Below are positions 1 through 9,890 of a stretch of DNA of 64,000 nt, in pieces. Source of the stretch: Clostridia bacterium (GTDB lineage: Bacteria > Bacillota > Clostridia > Oscillospirales > CAG-272); NCBI GenBank assembly GCA_017646005.1, contig JAGCNJ010000041.1:3363-67362 (forward strand), given 5' to 3'. The translations under genes and the position numbers were made by a program. The first letter of the stretch is position 1. Each line of letters starts with the position of its first letter. The notes below the pieces were generated by a model. That model did no database searches. It had not been told where the DNA came from and saw only the letters and a program-made list of their open reading frames with translations.

Positions 1-1
1 T

Positions 2-1537
2 GCGGCGGCAACGCGTGAGGAAATGGCAGATATGCTCTACCGCATGGCTTTAAGTCAGAATAAAACAAAAAACTACGAGGACGCAAAGCTCGAATTCAAG
101 GATGCCGCAAGCGTTACCCCCGAATATACAGCAGGTATATCCTTTGCGACATACAACGGCATCATTACAGGCTACACCGACGGCAGCGTGAAACCGAAAA
201 ATACGGCAACTCGCGCCGAAGTAACTACGATGATCCGCAGATACGTTGACAGGTTCGCAGGTATCGATACCGGCTATGATGCTTTCGGCACAGCAAGTGA
301 GCCTGTAATATTTGATGCGGCGGCGATCTCTGCGATGAGTGTTCCAACCTATTGCGACAAGCTTTCGCACACCGAAAACGGTACGAGCATGTTAAAGCTT
401 GCCCCTGCAAGCATTATTTACAGCGCACCTACACTTACGCTTTTCGAAAAATTTGCGAAGATAGATTTTTCGGATTACCCGTACGGAAAAATAAGATACA
501 AAACCACAAATTCCGGCAGCTCCATACTCGTTACCTACAACAAGGGTGAAAACGGCAACAACGCATACTATCCGACATTAAGCGGTGCATGGAATTCAAC
601 GGTATTCAGCGTTTACGATTCGCTCGACAATAAGATAATTCTTGAAAACGAGGATGCGCAGGGACAGCTTAGAATATCCCCCTGGGGAACAACCTCCGGG
701 CTTCCCACGTATAACGTGGATTACGCTCTTATCGAATATATCGCGTTCTTCCCCACCAAGGCTGATGCGGAGGCTTACGAAAGTGAGCTTGAAAAAAACT
801 CTATCAACGTAACCTTTGTTTCGAACGGTAAGACCTTTGCTCAATCGACCGCGCTTATCGGAAGCACCCTTACTTATCCCAACGATTCTCCCTCTCATAT
901 AGAATATAACTTCGAGGGCTGGGATATAGCTGAGGGTACGGTTCTGACCGGTGACACAACTGTAACGGCAATACTCTCGCCAAAGGCAGGTGCCCCCAAG
1001 GTATTCTTTGACCTTTCCAATACGGTACCTAAATACAGTAATATGTACGTTGAACGGAAAAATGAGAACGGCATTGGATTCTACCGATTCATCCCGTCAG
1101 TCAAGCTTTCCGGCGACGATACACGTGCAATCGTAGTGCTGAACTCAGCCGGTTACGATGCAGCCCAAGCACCGTTTGTCAAGATCGGTTATCGCGCAAG
1201 CAACATCTCATCGTCAATCGACTTCAACATCAACCCGAGAGCTAACTACAGACTCTGGGGACCTCGCGTATCATATCCTGCAAAGGGCGAGTGGGTTGAG
1301 CAGGTGCTTGATTTTTCAAGCCTTAACTGGACAGGCGGTTTGGGAGTTGACGAAGGACTGAGCGCAAAGGAATACTTTACAAAATACATAAACGAGCAGT
1401 TATATGCGATAATGTTCAAGCCCTATGACAGAAACGGAGTGACTATCAACGACACTGACTACTTCGACGTGGCTTATATCGCATTCTTCGAATCAAAGGC
1501 TGATGCCGATGCATTCAGCTTAGGTCTCGGTAAATAA
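2..1537 (+). CDS. giant SLH-anchored surface protein paralog, C-terminal part (5' end lies upstream of the window)
   Basis: The frame is open to the window edge (codons from nt 2 read AAATREEMADMLYR), so the ORF-track ATG at 23 is internal. It contains the end of SLH2 and SLH3 (FKDAASVTPEYTAGISFATYNGIITGYTDGSVKPKNTATRAEV), a C1 module (DYALIEYIAFFPTKADAEAY), a Listeria/Bacteroides-repeat-like domain (YNFEGWDIAEGTVLTGDTTVTA) and a C2 module ending YFDVAYIAFFESKADADAF. It is collinear with the C-termini of the downstream paralogs. Confidence 0.9.
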   Translation, partial: AAATREEMADMLYRMALSQNKTKNYEDAKLEFKDAASVTPEYTAGISFATYNGIITGYTDGSVKPKNTATRAEVTTMIRRYVDRFAGIDTGYDAFGTASEPVIFDAAAISAMSVPTYCDKLSHTENGTSMLKLAPASIIYSAPTLTLFEKFAKIDFSDYPYGKIRYKTTNSGSSILVTYNKGENGNNAYYPTLSGAWNSTVFSVYDSLDNKIILENEDAQGQLRISPWGTTSGLPTYNVDYALIEYIAFFPTKADAEAYESELEKNSINVTFVSNGKTFAQSTALIGSTLTYPNDSPSHIEYNFEGWDIAEGTVLTGDTTVTAILSPKAGAPKVFFDLSNTVPKYSNMYVERKNENGIGFYRFIPSVKLSGDDTRAIVVLNSAGYDAAQAPFVKIGYRASNISSSIDFNINPRANYRLWGPRVSYPAKGEWVEQVLDFSSLNWTGGLGVDEGLSAKEYFTKYINEQLYAIMFKPYDRNGVTINDTDYFDVAYIAFFESKADADAFSLGLGK

Positions 1538-1550
1538 TAACATTAAAAAA

Positions 1551-1589
1551 GACTTCGCGGATAAAAACTGCGGAGTCTTTTGCATTTTT
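1551..1589 (+). terminator. rho-independent terminator
   Basis: GACTTCGCGG / CTGCGGAGTC stem (two G-U pairs) followed by TTTTGCATTTTT. Confidence 0.6.
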
Positions 1590-1606
1590 GCTATAAATTT
1601 CGCGTA

Positions 1607-1635
1607 TTTACATTTTTTTGATTTTATGGTATAAT
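1607..1635 (+). promoter_or_regulatory. sigma-A-type promoter of 1668-5627
   Basis: TTTACA (1607-1612), 17-nt spacer, TGgTATAAT (-10 at 1630-1635). Confidence 0.65.
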
Positions 1636-1667
1636 GAAAACATCAAAAATTACGGAAGGTAGTTTAT

Positions 1668-4600
1668 ATGAAAAAGCAAAACAAACTTTTAGCTTTACTT
1701 CTTTCGGTTCTGATGATAAGCTCATCATTACCGGTACTTACCTGTTCGGCTACGGTCGCACAGCCGGAGTTTTACATCCTGACAGCACAGGACTTCACCT
1801 TTAATCTGGCAAGCGAAAAGCTTGACGTATCGGTAAAGGAAAGCGATACGGATGGTGAATATATGCATCTCGTTGCCGCTCCCGGTACATACCAGAATCA
1901 TCAGATTATGTTTTCGGTATTCAACGATGCATTCGCTTCTCTTGAATATCCTTACGTAGTCTTTGAATACAGAACAAACTCCCAGAGCCAAAAGGTTTCT
2001 ATAGGTCAGGTAAACGCAAAGGGAGAAAACTGGATGAGCTCGGCGCAACAGCAGAATACTGCCGGCGCATGGTCAAGTATTTGTATAAATCTGAATGATA
2101 TCAACGCGAATACAACAAAAAATCTCCCGACTGCGGACGAAGTCGGTGTACAGATAACCGTGAAGCCGTGGGGGGCTCACAATAAAACTCTTGAAACTGA
2201 ACAGTATTACGACCTCCGTTTTGTAGCTTACTTCAAAACCGAGGAAGAAGCAAAAGCGTTCAAGTATGATCCGAACGGAGATTATACCTCTGCTTATGAC
2301 CCCGAATTTATCAAGTCTCTCCCCTACAATCACGCTGACAAGGCTTTGCTTGACAAATATATGAATGAAGCTCTCGCGCTTACAAAGGAGATAAGAGAAA
2401 GCAAGACCGACGTAGAATATACGGGTACTGCTTACTACATCTCACAAAAGGGTGACGACCGCAACGACGGTCTTACTCCCGCTACCGCGTGGAAGAGCGC
2501 GCTTAAGGTTTCGGATGCAAGCTTCCTTAAGGAAGGCGACGCCGTATTCTTTGAGCGCGGCGGAAGCTACAGATATGATGGTACGCTTAAAACCGTCGCA
2601 GGCGTTACCTACTCGGCATACGGAAGCGGCGCAAAGCCCAAGCTTATCGGTTCTCTCGATGCTTCTGCTCCCGCCTTCTGGGAGAAAACCGAATATCCTG
2701 ACGTATACAGATACACACGCAAGCTTTCAGGTCCATCTAACGACGTTGGCGTTATCGTATTCGATATGGGCAGAGCGTGGGGCATAAAGCTCGCTCCCGG
2801 TCTTTATGTCGGTGCTAACTCAAACGGACTTGCTACTATAGATTCGACCGGAAGCCACTCAATAAGCTCTCCTGCTGATATTGACGGAGACCTCGAATTC
2901 TGGCACGACTGGGATACGGGCTACGTATACCTTTGCTCCAAGGAGGGTAACCCCGGCGATCGCTTCAATTCAGTCGAGATCGTGGACAAGGGCAACGGAA
3001 TCGGAGGCAAGGGTAACTACGTTACGATCGACAACCTTGATCTGTTCGGCTTCGGAAGCCACGGTATCGGATACGGAAGCACGAATAACCTTACGGTACA
3101 GTATTGCAGCTTCTCCTTCATCGGCGGTTCGCGTCAGTATTCACAGCCCGATCAGGTTACCCGCTTCGGTAATGCGGTCGAAATTTACGGTTCGGGTAAA
3201 AACTTCACTATCGCATACTGCGTTGCCGATAACGTATACGACTGCTGTTGGACAATTCAGTTCCAGGGCAACTCAAACGGCAAGGACATCTGGTTTGATA
3301 ATATTGAATTCCATCATAACGTTGCATCCTACTCGAATACCGGACTTGAGGTATGGCTTAACAACAGACCCGAATACAAGAACAACGCAACCTACGGTAT
3401 GAGAGATATCTACCTGCACGACAACTACACGTATTACAACGGCTACGGCTGGAGCCAGCAAAGACCGAACAAAAACGGCAACAACTTCTACGGTGACCCC
3501 AGCATCACCACAACGGTATATGAGGGTAAAAACTCCGTTAACAACAATGTCGGAATCTTTCCGAGCTATTATGTGAATTATCTCCGCTATCTCGGAGCCG
3601 ACTATTACAACTTCAACAACAACGTATACTTCCAGCACAACGACAGATACATCGGCGGCATTCCTACAAACCCTGCGGAAAGCTCCGGTGCCGTCAAGCT
3701 GATGAAGTACGATTACAACACAATGCTCAGACTTCTTGCTACAGGCATGGAGCCCGGCTCGGTATACTACTATGCAGAGCCCGACGAGCTTGTTGTGCCG
3801 CAATACACACCCAAGGATATGTCATTTGCAGACGTATCCTTGGAGCATTGGGCATACGACTATATCAACACGGCGGTCATGCGCGGATATATGAACGGCA
3901 TCAGCACCTTGGAATTTGCGCCCGGTGCTTCTATGACCCGTGCTATGCTTGCGACGGTGCTTTCACGCATTACTACAAAGGATACAATCACAACAGACGC
4001 GCCCTATACCGACGTTAACAAGTCGGCATGGTATATAAATTCGGTAAACTGGGCTTACAGCGCAGGTCTTATCGACAAGGATGAAACCGCGTTCAGACCC
4101 GACAGCAACGTCACCCGTGAGGAGCTTGCAGATATGCTCTACCGTATGCTTCTCTCTGAGCACAGGATCAAGAGCTACGAGGGCAAGGCTCTTAGCTTCT
4201 CGGATGCGGCAAGCGTTACTCCCAAATATGCGGCAGGCGTCGCTTTTGCAACCGAAAACGGCATTATTTCAGGCTACACCGACGGAAGCGTCAAGCCGAA
4301 GAACTCGGCTACCCGCGCCGAGGTTGCGACTATGATAAAGAGATTTATAGATCTTTATCACTCGCTCGATATAGACTACAACGCGATCTCGGATGCTACC
4401 GACAGCATTATATTCACAGAAACCGCGCTTTCCGGAATAATGTCAAATCTCAACACAGACAAGCACGTTACAGGCGGATATCTGAACATATCCCCCAACA
4501 GCACGTTTACAAATTCAGACATCTCGTTCACTCTTTACGAGCGTTTATCAAAGATTGATCTTGCAAAATATCCCTTTGTAAAGATCAGAGTCAAATCAAC

Positions 4601-5627
4601 CTCGCCCGAATACAGCGTATATTTCAAGAGAAACGGAAACGACGGCTCAAAGCAGGTACAGACTACGCCGAACACTTACACAGACACGGTATTCTGTCTG
4701 TACGATCTTATCAAGCCCGGCTCTGCGTACGACACCGCCGTTACAGACGGTACTATAAAGATCACTCCCTGGCCCGACAAGGCAGATCTGGCAAGAAAGG
4801 ACACCGATCTGTTCGATATTGAATACATCGGCTTCTTCCCCACAGAGGATGCGGCAAACGCTTACGAAAGCGAGCTTGAAAAGAACGGCGTTAAGGTTGA
4901 ATATCTTGCAAACGGCGAGATTATCGACACGGTATATATGCTTCCAGGAAGCAAGCTTGAGGCTCCTGCACGCAAAACAAGCATTTTCGGCTATGAGGTT
5001 ACAGGCTGGGATGTACCGTTCGGCACCGTTATAAATACAGACACCGCGGTGAACGCTGTTCTTGAAAAGGTCGAAGGGCTTCCCGTGGCACTCTTCTCTG
5101 CAGACAAATGCACCTTCAAGGCGCTGGGTGGTCTTTCTTACGAAATGAAGACCGAGGGAACAAAGAATTACGTCCGTTTTGCTTCGCAAAGCTTCACTTC
5201 AAACGACAACACGAGAGCCTACGTGATGCTTCCCGCAGATGACTACGATATGTCAGTTTCACGTTACATGAAGATCGGCTTCAGGATCAGCAATGCAAAC
5301 TCGCAATCACTCGGGCTCAACTTCCATCCCGATGCATCCCCCCGTCTGTGGGGACCCAAGCTTCCGCTTGGAACAAAGGACGAATGGCAGGAGGTTGCAG
5401 TTGATCTCAGTGAATTCAACTACTCAGGCGGCGACGGAGGAGTTCAGTCAGGACTTACCTCAAGTGATTATTTTGCAAAGTATATGAAGGGTGATATGCA
5501 TTCTATACTTTTCAAGCCCTACAACGCAAACGGACTTCCCATGAAGGCAGACGAATACTTCGACGTAATGTATATCGCCTTCTTTAATGACCTTGCTTCG
5601 GCACAGAATTACAGCTATATGAAATAA
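1668..5627 (+). CDS. giant secreted beta-helix protein, SLH-anchored paralog (N-module, beta-helix, 3xSLH, C1 module, Lis/Bac-like repeat, C2 module)
   Basis: ATG preceded by GGAAGG. Signal peptide MKKQNKLLALLLSVLMISSSLPVLTCSA. Beta-helix cap TAYYISQKGDDRNDGLTPATAWKS and core motifs YDCCWTIQFQG, NTGLEVWLNN, YYNGYGWSQQRPNK. SLH triad at ~3822-4360. Terminal motif YFDVMYIAFF. Flanked by its own promoter and terminator. Confidence 0.88.
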   Translation: MKKQNKLLALLLSVLMISSSLPVLTCSATVAQPEFYILTAQDFTFNLASEKLDVSVKESDTDGEYMHLVAAPGTYQNHQIMFSVFNDAFASLEYPYVVFEYRTNSQSQKVSIGQVNAKGENWMSSAQQQNTAGAWSSICINLNDINANTTKNLPTADEVGVQITVKPWGAHNKTLETEQYYDLRFVAYFKTEEEAKAFKYDPNGDYTSAYDPEFIKSLPYNHADKALLDKYMNEALALTKEIRESKTDVEYTGTAYYISQKGDDRNDGLTPATAWKSALKVSDASFLKEGDAVFFERGGSYRYDGTLKTVAGVTYSAYGSGAKPKLIGSLDASAPAFWEKTEYPDVYRYTRKLSGPSNDVGVIVFDMGRAWGIKLAPGLYVGANSNGLATIDSTGSHSISSPADIDGDLEFWHDWDTGYVYLCSKEGNPGDRFNSVEIVDKGNGIGGKGNYVTIDNLDLFGFGSHGIGYGSTNNLTVQYCSFSFIGGSRQYSQPDQVTRFGNAVEIYGSGKNFTIAYCVADNVYDCCWTIQFQGNSNGKDIWFDNIEFHHNVASYSNTGLEVWLNNRPEYKNNATYGMRDIYLHDNYTYYNGYGWSQQRPNKNGNNFYGDPSITTTVYEGKNSVNNNVGIFPSYYVNYLRYLGADYYNFNNNVYFQHNDRYIGGIPTNPAESSGAVKLMKYDYNTMLRLLATGMEPGSVYYYAEPDELVVPQYTPKDMSFADVSLEHWAYDYINTAVMRGYMNGISTLEFAPGASMTRAMLATVLSRITTKDTITTDAPYTDVNKSAWYINSVNWAYSAGLIDKDETAFRPDSNVTREELADMLYRMLLSEHRIKSYEGKALSFSDAASVTPKYAAGVAFATENGIISGYTDGSVKPKNSATRAEVATMIKRFIDLYHSLDIDYNAISDATDSIIFTETALSGIMSNLNTDKHVTGGYLNISPNSTFTNSDISFTLYERLSKIDLAKYPFVKIRVKSTSPEYSVYFKRNGNDGSKQVQTTPNTYTDTVFCLYDLIKPGSAYDTAVTDGTIKITPWPDKADLARKDTDLFDIEYIGFFPTEDAANAYESELEKNGVKVEYLANGEIIDTVYMLPGSKLEAPARKTSIFGYEVTGWDVPFGTVINTDTAVNAVLEKVEGLPVALFSADKCTFKALGGLSYEMKTEGTKNYVRFASQSFTSNDNTRAYVMLPADDYDMSVSRYMKIGFRISNANSQSLGLNFHPDASPRLWGPKLPLGTKDEWQEVAVDLSEFNYSGGDGGVQSGLTSSDYFAKYMKGDMHSILFKPYNANGLPMKADEYFDVMYIAFFNDLASAQNYSYMK
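3822..4360 (+). other. SLH domain triad (internal) of 1668-5627
   Basis: FADVSLEHWAYDYINTAVMRGYMNG, YTDVNKSAWYINSVNWAYSAGLID...FRPDSNVTREELADMLYR and FSDAASVTPKYAAGVAFATENGIISGYTDGSVKPKNSATRAEVATMI. Equivalent triads lie at ~7352-7895, 12027-12565, 15571-16110, 23882-24425, 43984-44508 and (partial) 2-255. Confidence 0.85.
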
Positions 5628-5636
5628 AGCCTGAAC

Positions 5637-5667
5637 CGGTGAGCGTAACAAGCGCTCACCGTTTTTG
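5637..5667 (+). terminator. rho-independent terminator
   Basis: CGGTGAGCG / CGCTCACCG stem followed by TTTTT. Confidence 0.75.
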
Positions 5668-5715
5668 TATTATTCGATTTACTTTGACACATCTTCACAT
5701 ATTTCAATCGCCGTA

Positions 5716-5745
5716 TTGACATCATATATATATGTTTGATACAAT
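5716..5745 (+). promoter_or_regulatory. sigma-A-type promoter of 5786-9766
   Basis: TTGACA (5716-5721), 18-nt spacer, TGaTACAAT (-10 at 5740-5745). Confidence 0.6.
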
Positions 5746-5785
5746 GGATTTGTAACAGTAACGGTTACACGAAAGGAGATCAGCA

Positions 5786-8700
5786 ATGAAAAAAACAGTA
5801 TGCTTACTTTTAGCCGTGCTTTGCTTTGCAATGTCATTACCTTCGTTTATGATAAGCGCAGCAGACGGTGAAATTCCTTATTACAAGGCAGATCAGGCTA
5901 CAATAGACAAATATCTTAAAACTGCTTATGACATGAGAGATAAAATTATAAGCAGTAAAACCGATGTAAGCTTCACCGGAACGGCGTACTACGTTTCGCC
6001 TAACGGAGACGACTCAAACAACGGCCTTACTCCCGCAACAGCTTTTAAGTCTGTGGAAAAGGTTTCAAACGCAAGTTGGCTTAAACCGGGTGACGCGGTA
6101 CTGTTCGAGCGCGGTGCAACCTTCAGAACAACCGGTATGCTTCACGCAAAAACAGGCGTTACCTATTCTGCATACGGTAACGGTGCCAAGCCCAAGATCA
6201 TAGGCTCGATCAACGCTTCAAGACCCGATCTCTGGCTTGAAACCGAATACAAAAACGTATATAAATACATAAATCCTATCGACCAGAGTAAAAAGGACGT
6301 CGGTCAGATCATTTTTGATCTCGGTCGTGCGTGGGGTGTAAAGCTTGCATCGGGCGTTGGCCCCGGCACAACCTCGAACGGTCTTGAAATAATCAATTGC
6401 GGTTCTCCTCGTATGGACAGCCCCAAAAAGCTCAAAAATGACCTCGAATACTGGCACAATCCTGATGATAATTACTTATATCTCTACTCAAAGGATGGCA
6501 ACCCCGCAACCCGTTTTGCTTCGATCGAGATCGTAGACAAGGGCAACGGAATTGCTGGTGAGGGTCACAGCGTAGTATTCAATGACCTTACCATTTTTGG
6601 CTTCGGTAGCCATGGTATAGGATTTTCAAATTCCTCCAACGTTACAGTTCAAAACTGTGTATTTGAATTTATAGGCGGTTCACTTCAGACTCCTACAGTA
6701 CGTTTTGGTAATGCAGTTGAAGTATTCGGCTCTATTGACGGCTTTATAATCCGTGATTGCTTTGCTCATAACGTATACGACTGCTGCTGGACTATTCAGT
6801 GGCAGGGTGAAGATCCCGGCGAGGGAAAGTATTTCAAGAACATTCAGTTCTATAACAACGTGTCCTGCTATTCCAATACCGGTCTTGAAATGTGGTTGAA
6901 CAACAAAGGTCCTAACCCTGAAATTCCTATGGTAATAGAAAACGTTGAAATGTATAACAACTATACCTATTACAACGGATACGGATGGAGTCAGCAAAGA
7001 CCTAACAAGGGCGCAAACAACTTCTTCGGCGACCTTTCCGAAACAACTACAACCTATAAGAATGTTTCAATTCACAACAACGTAGGTCTTTTCCCCTCCA
7101 TTCAGGTAACAAAAGCCCGTAATACCGGAACACAGGCATACAACTTCAACAACAACGTATACTTCCAGCATAATAACAAGCTTTTTGGCGGCGTTGCCGA
7201 AAACCCGGAAACCGGTAAGGGCAGCATCGGAAACTTCGTATATGATCGTGAAACCATGACGAAGCTTCTCGCTACAGGCTTTGAGCCCGGCTCTGTATTC
7301 TATTATGTTGATGCAAACTACGAAATTCCGCAGTATAAGCCCGAACATATGAGCTTTGATGATATCACGGAAAAGCACTGGGCTTACGAATACGTCAAGA
7401 CCGCGGTTTTAAGAAGCTATTTCAACGGTACTTCGACAACAACCTTCTCTCCTGATACGACTATGACTCGTGCTATGCTCGTTACCGTTCTTTCGCGTAT
7501 CGCAGAAGCTGATATTTCAAAGTCAAAGCCTGCTCCCTTCACCGATGTTAACCGCAATTCATGGTACGTAGGTGCTGTTGACTGGGCTCATGAGTCCGGC
7601 ATTGTCGCAGAAAACGTAACCAAATTCAGGCCCGACGATGCGGCAACGCGTGAAGAGCTTGCAGATATGCTCTACCGCTTCACACTCAATGCTCACAGAA
7701 CATCGGCTATTACAAACCCGAGCTTCACCTTCAAGGATGCTTCATCCGTAAGTGCAGAATATGCATCCGGTATAGCGTTTGCAACAGAAAACGGCATCAT
7801 CTCAGGTTACACAGACGGCTCTGTAAAGCCCAAGAATACGGCAACGCGTGCCGAGGTCGCAACGATGATGAAGAGATTCGTTGATCTTTACTATACACTT
7901 GAAATCAACTATACCGACCTGTCCGAAAAGACAGATTCGCACGTATTCTCGGGAAATGAGCTGTCGGCTATAATGGCTACAAGCTCCTGCGATAAGCGTG
8001 TCGTTAAGTCTGACAACAACGAGGATATTGTAAGAATCCTTCCTTCAAGTGCAATTGCCGGCGAAATCAAGGTCAACATATTTGAACGCTTTACAAAGGT
8101 CTCGATTTCGGATTATCCCTTTATAAAAATCCGTTACAACGTTGATCTCAAGTCTCCGAACGTCAAAGTAACGCTTACCAAGAACGGCCAGAGCGAACAC
8201 ATAACCATCCCCAATACACAGCTCGGATGGAAAACAGCTGTAATATGTGTATACGATCTGATTGCCCCCGGTGCAGCATACGACGGTGAGCTTAACGCCA
8301 CACTTTCGTTCACTCCTTGGACAGAAGAAGCTCCTGCTTACGGCGTTGACTTTGCTGAAATCGATTACATTGGCTTCTTCCCCACTGAGGAAGCGGCAAA
8401 TGCATACAAGAGCGATCTCGAACAAAAATCGGCTACCGTAAAGTTTATGGTTAACGGCAAGCTCTTCAGCGAAGAATTGATCTTACGCGGAAACAAGCTC
8501 GTTTATCCCGAAGCAAAGCCCTCCGTTCCCGGAAGCCTCTTTACCGGCTGGAGCGTGCCCGAGGGAACGGTGATCGATTCCGATATCACAGTTGATGCAG
8601 TTTTGGATAAAAATGCAGGTGTACCTTTCGCGGTTTATAACGGTAACGAGATCGTGTTAGAGCAGGTTCATTCCATTTTCAAAACCGAAATTTCCGAGGA

Positions 8701-9766
8701 TAAGGGCAGCAAGTATCTTCATATTGAGGCTGTCGATAGCGGTACTGCAAATGACGGAACCAGAGTATATATGGTATTGCCTTCTGTCGATTACGACATA
8801 AAGGAAGCTCATTATCTCAAGATAGCGTATCGTACGAATATCAAGTCAAGTCCTTACCTTGATCTTAACTTCAAGCCCGATGCCGGATTGAGAGTATGGG
8901 GACCCAAGATCAGTTACAATGAAAGAAACAAATGGGTTGAGGCGATCGTAGACCTTTCCAAGGCTAACTTTACAGGCGGTGAGGGTGTTACTGCCGGTCT
9001 TAAGCCCGGTGATTATTTCGAGCAATACTTCTCAGGCAATCTTTACGGATTTGTCTTTAAGCCTTATTCTGCATCGGCAAACATCCAAGTCGGAGATTAT
9101 ATTGACGTCAAGTATTTTGCAGTCTTTGACAGCTTTACCTCAGCGGCAAAGTATTCTCCCGAAGCAACGCCCGAGGTAAAAACCTCTGCATCTGATAAAA
9201 CCGAAAGCAATACCTCAAGCAAAGCTCCGGCAGCATTATACAACGCAAAGGATATAACAATTGAAAAAATTTCAGATACGTTATCCTACGAGCTTAGCGA
9301 AGACAAAGGCGAAGAATTTATGCACGTATCTGTTAAGACTGCAGGCACTGCAGTCGACGGAACTCGCGTATACTTAACTCTTCCACCGGCACTCTATGAT
9401 GCATCGGAATCAAGATTTATGAAATTTGTGTACAGAACCAACATTACCTCAAATTCAAATCTGGACTTGAATTTCAGACCGGTTTCCAATATAAGACTCT
9501 GGGGTGTGCGTATTCCTTATACCGACAAAAATAAGTGGGTTGAAACTGTGGTAGATCTTTCCAAGCTGAACTATACCGGCGGCGAAGGAGTTGCTGCAGG
9601 TCTTAAGCCGGAGGAATATTTTGCAGAATATGTCTACGGCTCGTTATACGGATTTATCCTGAAGCCTTACTGGGAAGGTGCTTCAATGAAAGAAACCCAT
9701 TATTTCGACATCAAGTATATCGCATTCTTTGACAGTATGACCGCGGCGAAAGCTTACAAACAGTAA
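5786..9766 (+). CDS. giant secreted beta-helix protein, SLH-anchored paralog (no N-module; C1 plus two C2 modules)
   Basis: RBS AAAGGAG. Signal peptide MKKTVCLLLAVLCFAMSLPSFMISAA followed directly by the beta-helix cap (TAYYVSPNGDDSNNGLTPATAFKS). Core motifs YDCCWTIQWQG and YYNGYGWSQQRPNK. SLH triad at ~7352-7895. Two C2 modules (~8621-9157 and ~9229-9763) are separated by a Ser/Thr-rich linker. Confidence 0.88.
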   Translation: MKKTVCLLLAVLCFAMSLPSFMISAADGEIPYYKADQATIDKYLKTAYDMRDKIISSKTDVSFTGTAYYVSPNGDDSNNGLTPATAFKSVEKVSNASWLKPGDAVLFERGATFRTTGMLHAKTGVTYSAYGNGAKPKIIGSINASRPDLWLETEYKNVYKYINPIDQSKKDVGQIIFDLGRAWGVKLASGVGPGTTSNGLEIINCGSPRMDSPKKLKNDLEYWHNPDDNYLYLYSKDGNPATRFASIEIVDKGNGIAGEGHSVVFNDLTIFGFGSHGIGFSNSSNVTVQNCVFEFIGGSLQTPTVRFGNAVEVFGSIDGFIIRDCFAHNVYDCCWTIQWQGEDPGEGKYFKNIQFYNNVSCYSNTGLEMWLNNKGPNPEIPMVIENVEMYNNYTYYNGYGWSQQRPNKGANNFFGDLSETTTTYKNVSIHNNVGLFPSIQVTKARNTGTQAYNFNNNVYFQHNNKLFGGVAENPETGKGSIGNFVYDRETMTKLLATGFEPGSVFYYVDANYEIPQYKPEHMSFDDITEKHWAYEYVKTAVLRSYFNGTSTTTFSPDTTMTRAMLVTVLSRIAEADISKSKPAPFTDVNRNSWYVGAVDWAHESGIVAENVTKFRPDDAATREELADMLYRFTLNAHRTSAITNPSFTFKDASSVSAEYASGIAFATENGIISGYTDGSVKPKNTATRAEVATMMKRFVDLYYTLEINYTDLSEKTDSHVFSGNELSAIMATSSCDKRVVKSDNNEDIVRILPSSAIAGEIKVNIFERFTKVSISDYPFIKIRYNVDLKSPNVKVTLTKNGQSEHITIPNTQLGWKTAVICVYDLIAPGAAYDGELNATLSFTPWTEEAPAYGVDFAEIDYIGFFPTEEAANAYKSDLEQKSATVKFMVNGKLFSEELILRGNKLVYPEAKPSVPGSLFTGWSVPEGTVIDSDITVDAVLDKNAGVPFAVYNGNEIVLEQVHSIFKTEISEDKGSKYLHIEAVDSGTANDGTRVYMVLPSVDYDIKEAHYLKIAYRTNIKSSPYLDLNFKPDAGLRVWGPKISYNERNKWVEAIVDLSKANFTGGEGVTAGLKPGDYFEQYFSGNLYGFVFKPYSASANIQVGDYIDVKYFAVFDSFTSAAKYSPEATPEVKTSASDKTESNTSSKAPAALYNAKDITIEKISDTLSYELSEDKGEEFMHVSVKTAGTAVDGTRVYLTLPPALYDASESRFMKFVYRTNITSNSNLDLNFRPVSNIRLWGVRIPYTDKNKWVETVVDLSKLNYTGGEGVAAGLKPEEYFAEYVYGSLYGFILKPYWEGASMKETHYFDIKYIAFFDSMTAAKAYKQ
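8621..9763 (+). repeat. two tandem C2 modules separated by a Ser/Thr-rich linker
   Basis: DGTRVYMVLPSVDYDIKEAHYLKIAYRTNIKSS...LRVWGPKISY...FKPYSAS...YIDVKYFAVFDS is repeated as DGTRVYLTLPPALYDASESRFMKFVYRTNITSN...IRLWGVRIPY...LKPYWEG...YFDIKYIAFFDS. The linker at ~9158-9240 reads PEATPEVKTSASDKTESNTSSKAP. Confidence 0.85.
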
Positions 9767-9820
9767 TATACAATCATTTGTAATTTTTTCGATTTTTTTA
9801 TTTTGTGCATATTATTTTTG

Positions 9821-9849
9821 TTGACTAATCAACTTTTTAATGGTATAAT
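9821..9849 (+). promoter_or_regulatory. sigma-A-type promoter of 9891-13850
   Basis: TTGACT (9821-9826), 17-nt spacer, TGgTATAAT (-10 at 9844-9849). Confidence 0.7.
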
Positions 9850-9890
9850 TGCTCTGTAATACTTTTAAATTACAGGAAAGGAAAAACAAA

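Noticed and set aside
9849-9890. ORF-track N-terminal extensions of several genes: starts at 9849, 13951, 21665, 25721, 29809, 31745, 41683, 55730 and 58638.
   Set aside because: The extensions begin inside -35 or -10 boxes (9849, 21665, 41683), inside a terminator hairpin (25721), antisense through a neighbouring gene start (29809), or overlap the upstream gene extensively (55730). They also lack an SD. Internal ATGs with good RBSs give proper signal peptides or ortholog-like N-termini.
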